A stretch of DNA of 62,017 bases, the filler included, from Porpidia crustulata (lineage: Eukaryota), in NCBI GenBank assembly GCA_964255105.1. It is 5 parts of 5 records of this genome, joined end to end, with 100 filler letters (N's around TTAATTAATTAA, not from the genome) between each part and the next. Parts side by side here need not be neighbours in the genome. Positions count along the whole stretch, not along the records: positions 49,718 to 62,017 come from CAXUWE010000550.1; 4 more parts are not named here. One strand, given 5' to 3'. Positions 50,667 to 62,017 of the stretch are shown here, one piece after another. The position numbers were made by a program, and so were the translations under genes. How positions within the stretch are numbered: position 1 is the first letter of the stretch; each line of letters begins with the position of its first letter. A model generated the notes under the pieces. That model did not search any database, was not told the DNA's origin, and was given only the letters and a program-made list of their open reading frames with translations.

Positions 50667-52393
50667 CTAGATATCCACGGTCCCACTCTCCTCAAGCACC
50701 GGCTCGCATGAGATGTGCTCTTGGAAACCATTTAGATGCCGAGTACCAATTCTATCACTAGCACCTAAAATTTCTCCCGTCAGCTAAAGAACATCCAAGG
50801 GCAAAGTACGTGGGAAGAACATACTAGCAGATGCCCAACCAAGAAGAGTCCATTCCAGCCCGGTCTCAGCCAGATCAGCGCCCTGCTCGAGCTCAGACCA
50901 CGGTCCACCTCCGCAAGTCCCACGCCAGCTTATGATCTTCCTCTTCCACTTGGACTTGGAGCTCGTGATTAGGCGTTCCCGGGCTTCTTCTTCGCGGTCC
51001 AGGAGAAGCTCGGTGCTGGTCTCGATGCGCGCGTCGGACGTCTTGCCGGCTTCTCTTAAAACCTTTTGGATGCGTTCTGCTCGATATTCCGTTCTCTTGA
51101 GTCTTCGACAATCCAAGACGGTTTGATGAACTGCGTAGCTATCGGATCGCTCGGAGTCGATCTTGCCGCAGTTATTTCGAATCTCTTGCAACTCATCATC
51201 GTTGAAGAATAGCTCCGTGCAAATCGTGGGTGCAGCATATTCTAGGCAGACAAGATTTTTGCAGAAGTCTCGTATCAAGGGGCAGAGGTGAGGAGGCTCT
51301 TCCCCGTCATAGTCACTTGTGTCTGCCATAGCCCCGAACAGGAGCGTCAAATGCGCCAGACTTTGCGATGCTTGTTGGAGAAGTTTTGCAATCACTGCAG
51401 GATCCAGATTGCAGAACCGAAGTTCAAGATGTGTAAGATTTGAGGCAAGCGGATTCTGATGTCCAAGGAGCTGAACCAGTATAGTAGTGTCGAGCTCTGG
51501 GGGTTTTTCTAACGAAATCCTTTCCAGCTTAGTCAAGCCATCTAGTAAACCCAGGCTTTCCGGGCGGCTTGGGTAGCGAGGAAAGTAATTGGTACCGACG
51601 GCTTGTTCCAGTATACTAAAACCAAGGCTTTCTGGGCGGCTTGGGTAATGAGGAAAGTAATTGGTACTAGCGGCTTGTCCCAGTATACTTGTGCCTGTAG
51701 GCGGAGGTGATGCCCACCAATGATGTACCTCGATTGATTTACAGTCAGGGAATGATATGCCACTGACCAAGGGACGCCAGAATTTAACATTGGGGCCACA
51801 CCGCATCTGCCTCTGCCATTCTTCCACCTGCGAATCGCCACCGAGGTAAAGGGTCAAGCTGGTTACCCGGGGGAATATTTCATACTCCAGGGCCGAAATT
51901 GGGCTGCGGTTGCACTTCGAATTGACAAAGCGAAGGGAGATATCAATTTCAGGACAATGTCTGCGCAAATATAAGCACTAATGAAAAACCTTCGTATTTG
52001 AAATGAAGATACGTACTGAGAAACAATCGTTACCATTCTCGAAAGAAGAACAGCTGCCGGGCTTTGGCCACCAACCTCTTTGGTCGGATCGACCGTAATG
52101 TGCATTCTGACGATTTCTTTGAGAATCGAGAGTTTGCTGGAGCCCCATGTTCTCGACTTCATGTGGTTGAGGGTACGGATAAGCAAGGTGAGAGATTTGA
52201 AACTGCTGATATGGGGGTGATGATAGAGAGGCGTTTGGATACTCCTGTACACTGCTTGCGATGTCTGTGCAAGAGCACAAACATTCGATGGCGCGAGATA
52301 GCGACATATCTGATCTCTGGCTCGGGTATTGATGTCAGCTAGCTTACATAGAAATTGTGAGGATAAAGGGTAGAAAAGATCAGTCAACCACAT
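50667..52393 (-). CDS. F-box-like / LRR-like hypothetical protein
   Basis: RDQICRYLAPSNVCALAQTSQAVYRSIQTPLYHHPHI is F-box-like. LTKLERISLE and NLTHLELRFCNL are LRR-like. Intron near 52016-51962 and a last intron before TAG 50669-50667. Start codon uncertain. Confidence 0.65.
51546..51689 (-). repeat. 72-bp in-frame tandem duplication, two copies
   Basis: Encodes SILGQAASTNYFPHYPSRPESLGF and SILEQAVGTNYFPRYPSRPESLGL. Confidence 0.95.
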
Positions 52394-53958
52394 AGACCAA
52401 AGTCTCTAAGATCGACTGCACTTAAGCAGGCTATATGGCCCTATCTAAGTAGTCATATCTTCATGTGGCCTCCACAGATATTAGACAAAATCACCTTTTC
52501 AGAATACTAGTTGATGAGGACCGACTGCAATCTGCACTTCATGCGCAGCAACACATAAAATGATATCTCATCGTCGTGAAGTATTCCACTTACGTTATTT
52601 CAGCAGGCAGGTATCCGAGATGTGTTGCGATAATGCTCTCCATACTAGCACTCGTTGTCTGTATAAACCGTGTGCTGAGGTTATCGGAAGTTCAATTCCA
52701 TCCAAGATGCAAATGTGGATTTTACGAACGGAAGATGGAAGGTTAGAAGGCAACGGCGACACTGATTCGAGCGCGTCAGTGTTTGAGCTGCGGCAAAAAA
52801 GCTTCGCTGCAACCCGAGAAAACATCGATGAACAGTGCAGTCTACAGCAATTTGGCCCCAGTGACAATTGCGCTTTAAATTGATGCTAGTTTTTGCACTC
52901 TTCAGATGGAAGTAGGTTGCAGCTGGAATAGGACAAAGGATGTTGAAGTCTTGGAGAGCGCTTCGTCATTGAGAACTGGCGAAACTGGAGGTACAAGCTT
53001 CAATTCAGAGGCTCATACTGTAGATGGCTTTGCGCCATCGTCACTATACCAAGGAGTTTACAACATACAACTCACCTGATTCGAAACTAACATATCAGAG
53101 AACTTTCAAAGGTCCTCTGGATATCGCCTCCGGCAAGCCCAAGAACAGCTTTACGTGCGTCAAACAACTGCAGACAATCCGTAGATATTTCTAGCGGACG
53201 TGTATCATGAGGTACGCAGGACTACGAAACGCAGTTTCGTCTTTAGGTTCACCAGACGTGTGATACTGCTAGGACATTTTGCTCCCACGAAAGATACAAT
53301 GTCCCTCGGTACCTAGTTGCCAGATAGCAGGCTTCTGCACTAAGATCTGCTGTAGATCGTGTATCGCTGGCTCTGGCGACCTTCTTCGAAAACTAAAGAC
53401 CTGAAGGGGTGTTGACAGTGCGGATTCCTCCAGACATCGCAATCAATCAGCATCAGGTTAGATATTCGTCGATATCAAGCGATCCTTCATCGATTGGTCT
53501 GACACCTAGCGTGGTGTGCGATCAGCCTTAGCCTCGTATTAGTCAGCTTGGCTGCTTGACATCAGCCTCAGCCCTATGAGGCGTTCCATACTGTTTCCTT
53601 GTCACGCCTTTGGAACCACTGTTGTCCACTGGCCGCCGATCATCTGCCTGTGCTTTTCAAGGTCTCGGACACTTACTGCGAAGCGAAGCAATACGTCTAG
53701 CCCTCAAAGGAAAAGATAAGAAGCATTCAGTTTTAAGGAGTGCAAAGGTCCCGAGGGTACGATGAACGACTTGCGCCAACTACCACGTCTACACTTTCTG
53801 CGCTGGAGTCCTTCTACTGCATTCCTGAGAAAAGTATGGGTACAATAATATTCAGGCCTGCCATTCAATCTCCAACGCCGTGACACCGATATATCTCAGA
53901 GACTCCAGTCACTCTGAACACCAATCACCTACTCCGATCGCCCAGTTGGAGATCTGCT

Positions 53959-54941
53959 TCAACCATCAAGTGTACAGCCATAGGGGGCCAAAACCCATCC
54001 TGTAAGACGGTTGGCAATGTCTGAAGAGTAGCAGTGTGTGGCAATGCCAGCTCCGAGATAACCAGATGGGTCTATGGAACCAGAATTGTACATTCTGGCA
54101 GCTCTATAGACCGCAGACACATCTCCAGCTGCACCGGACTTCTGGAGGCACTGGACAAGACCGTCGCCAGTAGTGGTGCCAGCTGCACCTTCTAATGCCA
54201 TCTGCTTGATTTCAGAGCTTGGGCATGGACTTTGGATAACGCCAGCGTCATTGCAAGTCCCGGCGCCGTTATGACTTTGCATCAGGCCTTAATTACGGAC
54301 GCCCCAATTGGTCGTTGGCACGCGGACACAACCACCTGATTCTTGTATCATTGTGGCTAGGATAAATCGACGGTCCAAACCGGTTGCAGTGGCAGCCAAT
54401 TGTATCGCATTGTGTATATCACTGATTTCCGTATTCGTGTTCAGCGCCACACCCCACTTGGCGCACGAGCTGAACATGATGAGCTTATTCTTATTAAACC
54501 TAATAATTGATTAGTCTAGGCCTCAATATGACAAGAAATCTACAAATATGTTGTCAAATGAGTTCCAACTGGACATTGCTGGCCAGCCAGCGCCCGTAGA
54601 GCTGTCACCGCTGCGTTGGATGTAATTGTCGACTCCTAATCCGCCATCGACGTTACTGGCAGTGCCACCGGGTACGGCAGTATTTGTTGCTCCACTGCCC
54701 ACCATAGGAATTACTGAATCGTTGGCATAGTCTGCAGTATACGTATTGCTGGATGAAGATTTGCCATGCTTGTTGCCATCATATGCGGTTGTAGTTGTCA
54801 CATGAGATAGATTTGGAGTGACCTGAGGATATGGAATGGCGGAGACAACAAGCACAAACAAGCTTATGGTAGGAATCTACAGCTGAGTTAGAGCGACGTC
54901 TCTAAACGCGGTTTAGACATACCTACAACTTGAGAAAACAT
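53959..54941 (-). pseudogene. Secreted lysozyme-fold (SLT/GH23-like) protein, apparently pseudogenised
   Basis: Signal peptide MFSQV/IPTISLFVLVVSAIP. SLT-type motifs DRRFILATMIQESGG, GLMQ and AARMYNSG. In-frame TAA at 54291-54289 between motifs (VRN*GLMQ). The second intron (54547-54500) begins AT rather than GT. Confidence 0.8.
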
Positions 54942-57229
54942 TTTAGAAGTGTGTGTCTCGTTTGGTCCGGAGTCTCAATATCGCGTATCGGCTCTACATC
55001 GAGTGTCTGAAAGATATCAAGTTACATAAGAGGCTCCTTATATGCAGACAACCCTCTTTTGCTGACCTAGGGCAAAGGAAACGGGGCTTTTTCTATGGTA
55101 CCGAGAACTGGTGGACAGAACAAGAACTGCATTGTGGAAACATTGTTGTTTGGTACAAGAAGCTGCGCCTCGAGTGTCGAAGGCCTGAAGACGACAAAGC
55201 CGCAGCTGTGAAATTCTAGCTTGATCAGGATGGATCGTCCGAGGTCTCTTGCAAGAGCCCTACACTTCATGTCTTATTATTTTGGCAGCTATACCAATTT
55301 GAAAGAACGCGCGATCTGCTTCTTTTTAACCTGCAAATACGGTGATAGGCCGTTGAACTCTGATGCACCCGAGCTGAGTTTCTAATGCACTACCATTAGG
55401 TAGGCCGATAAAAGCCACCGTATAGCCAATCGACCATGTTGGCTCCCAGTTTTGCCTCAGCTGTGTATGAATAACAGCGAGCAGGTACCGCATGAAAACC
55501 CTAGAGTCATTTTGGCTCGTGAGCTTCGGCTGAGGTTCCAGCTCGGATGCCTGGCTCTAGGACATATGCATTCTAGCCGATATTTCATCTCATTGATTTG
55601 AGTTCAAGACAATACTTCGAAATCGCGTCTCCGGAATCTGTAGTGATGATCCTAAATTCTAGGATACATCTTAAATATATGATCGAATGCAGCAATGGCC
55701 AGTGTTTTTGTTACTTTTCAGCCGGCCAAGCCGAGGGTTGCATATATCGTGACGTGACTGAGTTCAGACTATCCTACAGATCCTAATCAAACAGCCGGTG
55801 AACAATGAAGTGCGAGGGTGTGGGAAATATTGCACTCGACTGATACTCCAGAGCTGGCTAATAAGATCGATGCGTACGCTAGAGTATACAGCAAGTCGTG
55901 GACATATCTCTCCCTACAGAGGCCCAAGTTCACTGATACGAGGAAAACGCTGAAATGGTTTCCTATAGCTCTACAATACAACAAAATTCGACTCACTATG
56001 TTCTGTTTCAAAAGACGTCCTTGAAATCTTGCACGTGACAGAACTTGTGCATGATACCGTTGTATCCATGGATCTGAAATATGTTTCTGTCGTTTGATCA
56101 TTTATGACGATCTTACAGATAACAATATATAAAGCGTAAGATGTCACCGATCTGCTATGGCATTTACCTATGTGTGACTCGCACCTTGTTCTAACCTCCG
56201 TACCATTTCAGCAAGATAGTCACGGGCGGAAAAGTGCCTCAGGTGCCAAGAGGCTCTCTTTAACAGGTTTTAAGGCTCTAGAAGTCAATAAGAAGTAGAT
56301 ACAACTGATTCAAGGATTAGGAAAAATACTATTGGTCGACTTAAAACGTTGAATAATTGACTCAGCGTGGCTTTGACCAAGACCCATCGGTAGACATTTC
56401 CCTGGCGCTCGCGTCGAATTGTTCCGTGAGTCAATAATTCCTCTTAGATACTCATACTATTGGTTGACTTAACTTCGTCATAAACCCTGTCACAGTACTA
56501 AACGACTCGAAACGAGATCAACCCCAGCCATGGGTCATTCCTACCACAGAGCCTCTAGGACTGGAAATGAGTATCTCTGACGCGAGAACATTCCTTACGG
56601 GTATATTGCTTGTAATCGGTGCCACTCTCTGAGGCTCTAGTATTAACACATGGGGACTCTGTTCAGTACTTCACGATACCTGTGTAGCTTCAACTACTCG
56701 AACTGGGCATTTTCATCTATGACTAATCGATAAGGAGCACGAGGAGTTTCACTTGTCCGACATTGCTTAGAGGTTACACCTAAGTTCATATGATCCAAGG
56801 AAGAGGACTGATGGCTTTTTCTCCACTCACTGGTGCCGAATGCAAAAGTCAGGAAGCAGATGCGAGACGTCACCGTCAGTAATCTTCAACATTCGTGATG
56901 AAGATACTGTCAAGTAACAGAAGCTTACAATGAAGATGACTTGATCATGTTCTTGTTCGGAAAGCGGAGTGTTCGCGTTTGTGAGGTTTTGTATAGCTAT
57001 GTGTGTGTGTCACTGCGTCCGGCTGTCGATTCTTTGTCTCGGGCTTTTGAGACTGGCTTGTTCCTTTAATCATAGGAACATCTTGCAATGCTCATAATCA
57101 CCAATCCGACTTTGTTTGATCTTGCGCCCTTCCGCGTTTAGATGTCTATATTGAGTCTCTAATTAGTCCACATTGTTACCATATCGTTGGCTAATTCGTC
57201 GGCCGAACTTTTTCTTCTCTCAAATAACA

Positions 57230-59927
57230 ATGAAGACCTTTGCTTTCCTTCTTTCATTTTTTGTGTACGCAAGTCTTCAGCCAGTATTGATTTTTTCAAG
57301 TTCTGTCGGAGCATCATCAGAACTACTACCAAATAAATCTGATATTCGGTTCTCCGGTGGCAATGTTTATGCTCCGCATTTGCCTGGCAGACGGTAGGCT
57401 AGCGAATTGGATGCAATTTATCTCCACTTACTAGTACTCAGAGATATTCAGATACCTGTTGATGATACAAAGCAGCCGTGGAATCTACATGCAGGCTTGG
57501 GCATTAGAGCTCCATTTCCGATCCATCTCAATGTAGGCATTTGCCCTTTAACACCCAATCCCCACTCAAGTTTCTGGTACGAACAAATCACACATAATGG
57601 CATATCGCCCTTTATTCCCGGTGGAGCGAAGTGGAAGATATATCGAAACGTCGTAGACTATGGTGCAGATCCTTCCGGGAAGACCGACTCTTCCGCCGCT
57701 TTCCAAAAGGCTATCAATGGTGAGGCAAATAGATCACCAACTGCCAACTCAAACTCACGATCTCGATAGATGGGTCGCCAACACCGTATAGCCGTAATAC
57801 TAATAGCCTTGGCACAACTGGCCAGCCAGCGGTGGTGTACTTACCGACAGGCACGTACATTCTCAACTCTCCGCTACAGCTTCATGTTGGTACGGTCCTG
57901 ATGGGTAATCCTCTGAGCCGACCAATCTTAAAAGCTGGGTGAGTGTGAATTTTCTTCTTTGTAGGTACAAAGTCATTGATAAAGAGCAGACCCAATTTCA
58001 CTGGCAATATTCTCGTCTATGGGAAAGATCCGAATCAGGATTCCATCACCAACTTCTATATTTCGATTAAGAACATCCAGCTTGATTCCACAAACATCAA
58101 CAAAGATGCAACCTTTGCGATTCTGGATTGGAGTGTTAGTCAAGCCACTCAGTTGACCAATCTTGTTTTCAATATGCCAAGCAACTCCGCTGGTCATACA
58201 GGTATCTCCATGCCGGAAGGTGGCTCGGGTACTATGATGGGTGACTTGACTTTCAATGGCGGCGCTGTTGGCGTCAATATGAACAACCAGCAATACGAGA
58301 TCAAGACTGCTACCTTCAGTGGTTGTACAACGGGTATCCGCGTTTCTCACTGCTTCAGCTGCTTGTTCTTCGATATCACATTCGAGTACAATAATGTAGG
58401 TATTGATATGTCGCTTAGGCATGACCAATCGGTTGTTCTTTTGGACTCAAGAGCGAGCAATGCTGGTACAGTGATTCAGACACTTACTGAACAAACTGGA
58501 AATAGTTCTCTCGTGATTGAGAGCTTCTCGGCTGGCCCGGGTCTAAGTAGTGTCGTAACAGCTGGTGGCAAGTCCATCCTCTCGGGCTCCGTACCCAACA
58601 CATGGGTATATGGTAACAGCTTTATTCCGGGAGGCGTAAACACAGGATCTCATCAGACGGGTACAACCTATACTACGCCAAGATCGCCGTCTTTGCTTTT
58701 GAAAGGCAAGTACTTTACTATGCAGCCTCCTACATATCAAGATCACGATGTCAGTCAATTCATCGATGTCAAGCAGGTAGCTGGCTACCCGGTACATGGG
58801 GATGGAATTACCGACGATACCAATAATCTCAACAGTATCATCACCATGTACGCCGGTTGCAAGATCCTGTTCTTTCCCTATGGCACGTACATAGTTACGA
58901 GCACGCTATTTTTCCCTTCTGGATCTCGCGTTATTGGGGAAGCATGGAGCACCATCTCTGCGACAGGCAGCAACTTCTTCAACCCCGACGCACCGGAAGT
59001 CATGGTCAAAGTGGGAGGCAACGGTGACAGAGGCGTAGCGCAATTCTCTGATATGCTGTTTACTGTGGCAGACGTGCTGCAAGGCTGCACCCTACTCGAG
59101 GTGAATACTGCAGGCAACTCCCCCGGGGATGTGGGGTTCTGGAATACCCATATACGAATTGGAGGTCTGTCTTATCTCGACCCTTCTCTGCAAGTTTTAC
59201 TGATAGAAGAAACGTAGGTGCCGTTGGCTCAAAGGTCCAGACAAATTGCGCTGGGCCACCAACATCATGTAAAGCTGCTTTCTTGCTAGCCCACTTGACG
59301 CCTTCGTCTTCGGCCTACATTGAGAATATGTGGGCATGGACCGCCGACCATGATCTCGACGGCGGACATGGCCAGACCATCTCTACAGGCAGAGGAATCC
59401 TCGTCGAAGCTACCGCGGCCACTTGGCTTCATGGGACGGCGATTGAGCACAACACACTATACCAGTACAATTTTAATCAAGCGCGGAATGTCTTTGTCGG
59501 CATGCAGCAATCAGAAACTCCGTACTGGCAAGGCGGCAACGGCAATCCAAGCCTTGCTCCTGCCCCATGGGCTTCTTCCAGCCATTATGCCGATCCGGAT
59601 TTTATCAACTGTGGTGGCGGTGACGCTCAGTGCCGTATGGCATGGTTCAATTTTTTTAGTGGAGGATCGAACATTTTTATCTATGGCTCCGCATTCTGGA
59701 CCTTCTTCAACAACAACCCAAGTTCTGGCGAGTCAAACTGTGGCGCCACATGCCAGACTAACGGATGCAGTATCGCCAATACCAAGAGGTTGTACTGGTT
59801 TAATGCCAACGCCCATTCCGTCGTCAACATGATCGTAAAGAACGGGGCGACACTGGTGGCAGCGTACAATAATCCAGGGTCATGGGGTGGTGTGGTGGCT
59901 GCGTTTCTATATAATTCGGGCAATTAG
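57230..59927 (+). CDS. GH55 exo-beta-1,3-glucanase, secreted
   Basis: Signal peptide MKTFAFLLSFFVYASLQ. Motifs YRNVVDYGADPSGKTDSSAAFQKAI, PAVVYLPTGTY, LDWSVSQATQL, GDGITDDT, YIENMWAWTADHDLD, EHNTLYQY and QSETPYWQ. Four introns. Confidence 0.95.
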
Positions 59928-60935
59928 TGGCCGTGGAGAAATGGAGGCTTTACTCTCCCTGACCTCCCCAGCTTTGTGGAGCCGAAGCATCAAGCAATGA
60001 TCTTTACGTAAGCTATACAGCAGTTCAAGTCGTGTGCTGAACGGACTGAATTACTTCAACATACCGCGAAAACCGCACTAACCCCATGCGGCCGAGCCCT
60101 AAAGCAGTCACGCCCCCATCGTTTTTTGTGTAGCAGATGACTCTTCCCCGCAATATCAACATCTGTTCTTCAACCCCAGATTTGATCTCTCCTCCTTCGA
60201 TCATGCAACATCAACCAGGTACGGCAACACTCGGCTCCAAACCCAGCGGTGGCTCATGTAACACTGAACCGCACCCATGGGTCTGGTGGCCAAGGCTAAA
60301 TAGGAGCAGCCTCCGCTAGATCTGCTGAGATGTCTACCATCTGCTATGTCCGTACGCTTCGTTCTTACGTCTCATGCTTGGAGGATGCTATCAGCATACG
60401 ACTCTCTTCTAGGATTTGATGTTGTTGAATGTTGCTGAATCCACATTATGATGTCATTGCCGCAAATCAAGGTTCGTTCGTTAGGTTGCGAGCTGAGACG
60501 GTGTGTTCTTGGCTTGCAATACCAACGGTCATGTTTGGCGGTCATTCGAGATTCTTTCACATCGTCTTCTCTGATATTTCCAAGTCACACTGTATATATG
60601 AAAAATATTCTACAGTGACACGAGACTAGTCGGTCATATTGCCTCAGCTTTCATCAATTGCGCTTTACTACATATCTTGGGTGAATGGCATTGATTTTTG
60701 AATTCGTGGCATCTTCTTTATAGTTCTTGGTACATATTTGCAAACTCATCGGAATATTCATTGAAAGCCTGTGGACGCTCGTATGGTATCCCATCGCTGT
60801 ACATAGTACTTATTTCAATGTAAGAGAGACACTACCTAAGTTCAGGTTAAACATTGACCGTCTTTTAGCATCGTAATATATCGCATTTCTGCTACAAGTT
60901 CCTAGCTTCTAGAACACTTCTCACGCACTTCGATC

Positions 60936-62017
60936 ATGACAGGTTCAACTCTCAACATTGCGCTCCAGAACCAAACCAATTCCGGTACGGTTTTTGCTTA
61001 CATCACCGGCTCAGCGCTCGACAATAACAATGCCGTTTTTCTGCTCGAATCCGATGGTCATACCCCATACTACCCATCATCTCCGTCTTCCACCGGGGCC
61101 GCCTTATCCGCCGATTGTGCCATCAATCTCGGTGCTCCCGGAAACACTGTGAATGTTACAATCCCGCGATTGGCTGGCGCACGTCTCTGGTTCTCGGTCG
61201 ACGGCAAACTCACGTTCCTCCTTAACCCTGGCCCTGGCCTTGTCGAACCCTCTGTCACCAACCCCTCTGACCCAAACTTCCACACCAACTTCGGCTTCTG
61301 CGAATTCACATTCAACAGCGACCAACTCTTCGCCAACATCAGCTACGTCGATTTCGTCAGCCTTCCAATCTCCCTGACCTTGACGAATACCGCGGGTACC
61401 ACCACGCACGTCTCCGGCATGCCAGCCAACGCCCTGCAAACCGTTTGCGACGGCCTCCGCTCCCAAGCCGCCGCCGACGGCGCCCCATGGGCTAATCTGA
61501 TCCAAACCAACGGCAACGGCCAACCCCTCCGCGCTCTCTCCCCCAACAACGGCATCGTCCTCGACAACAGCCTCTTCCGAGGCTACTACCAACCCTACGT
61601 CGACCAAGTCTGGGCCAAGTACTCCGCCCAACCCCTCTCCATCGACACCCAAGCCCAATGGGGCATCGTCCAAGGCACCGTGCAAAACGGCCGCCTCACC
61701 TTCCCCAACAACGGCGGCTCCTTCGGCCAGCCCGCGGCCGCCGACATCTTCAGCTGCAGCACCGGCCCCTTCGTCTTCGGCTCGAACATCGAAATGGGCG
61801 CCATCACGGCCCGGCTGTCCGCGGCGTTCAACCGCAGCACCCTGCTGACCGATACCACGCAGCCGGACAATGCGAATGATTATTATCAGAACGGGATCAC
61901 GAATCATTATTCGCGCATCGTGCATGGGGTCAATCTCGATCATCGCGGGTACGCGTTTCCGTACGATGATGTGGCGGCGTTTGGGGGCGTGGATCAGAGC
62001 GGGGAGGTCAATGATGG
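60936..62017 (+). CDS. GH64 beta-1,3-glucanase (thaumatin-like fold), runs off the window end
   Basis: Missing from the ORF track because it has no stop. MTGSTLNIALQNQTNSGTVFAYITG, GARLWFS, EPSVTNPSDPN, FCEFTFN, ANISYVDFV, LSAAFNRSTL, TNHYSRIVH and GYAFPYDDV. Intronless, with no signal peptide. Confidence 0.93.
   Translation, partial: MTGSTLNIALQNQTNSGTVFAYITGSALDNNNAVFLLESDGHTPYYPSSPSSTGAALSADCAINLGAPGNTVNVTIPRLAGARLWFSVDGKLTFLLNPGPGLVEPSVTNPSDPNFHTNFGFCEFTFNSDQLFANISYVDFVSLPISLTLTNTAGTTTHVSGMPANALQTVCDGLRSQAAADGAPWANLIQTNGNGQPLRALSPNNGIVLDNSLFRGYYQPYVDQVWAKYSAQPLSIDTQAQWGIVQGTVQNGRLTFPNNGGSFGQPAAADIFSCSTGPFVFGSNIEMGAITARLSAAFNRSTLLTDTTQPDNANDYYQNGITNHYSRIVHGVNLDHRGYAFPYDDVAAFGGVDQSGEVND

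Noticed and set aside
52560..53200. Gene-like plus-strand frames with scattered stops
   Set aside because: No recognisable family or consistent exon model.
61104..61943. 279-aa minus-strand ORF
   Set aside because: Antisense shadow of the codon-biased GH64 gene.

Overview
Eukaryotic DNA from a filamentous ascomycete (Pezizomycotina; a lichen-forming lineage is possible but is only an impression). Genes are split by short spliceosomal introns with CTRAY-type branch points, so the ORF track shows fragments. The window is not one locus. It holds five pieces (1-12338, 12439-24769, 24870-37197, 37298-49617, 49718-62017) joined by identical 100-bp N44-TTAATTAATTAA-N44 linkers, and their lengths fall steadily (12338, 12331, 12328, 12320, 12300), which indicates size-sorted unrelated contigs. 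Pieces 1-4 are mostly housekeeping genes: TFIIS, DUF1295, RPP1, CK2-alpha, ValRS, a WDR44-like gene, OHCU decarboxylase, an ADF-H protein, an NDUFAF6 fragment, kinesin-1, RAD6, thiolase, PRP45, PWP2, CDC12, WDR83 and a CASTOR/ACT protein. Piece 5 is accessory-like: an F-box-like gene with a 72-bp internal duplication, then a wall-hydrolase trio (pseudogenised SLT/GH23-like lysozyme-fold gene, GH55, GH64). The best leads are that trio, a probable non-AUG mitochondrial presequence on ValRS, two GC-AG introns, an out-of-frame acidic PWP2 tail and an orphan four-exon secreted protein. I saw no tRNA, rRNA, CRISPR array or recognisable transposon, and I cannot claim a clearly novel multi-gene system.
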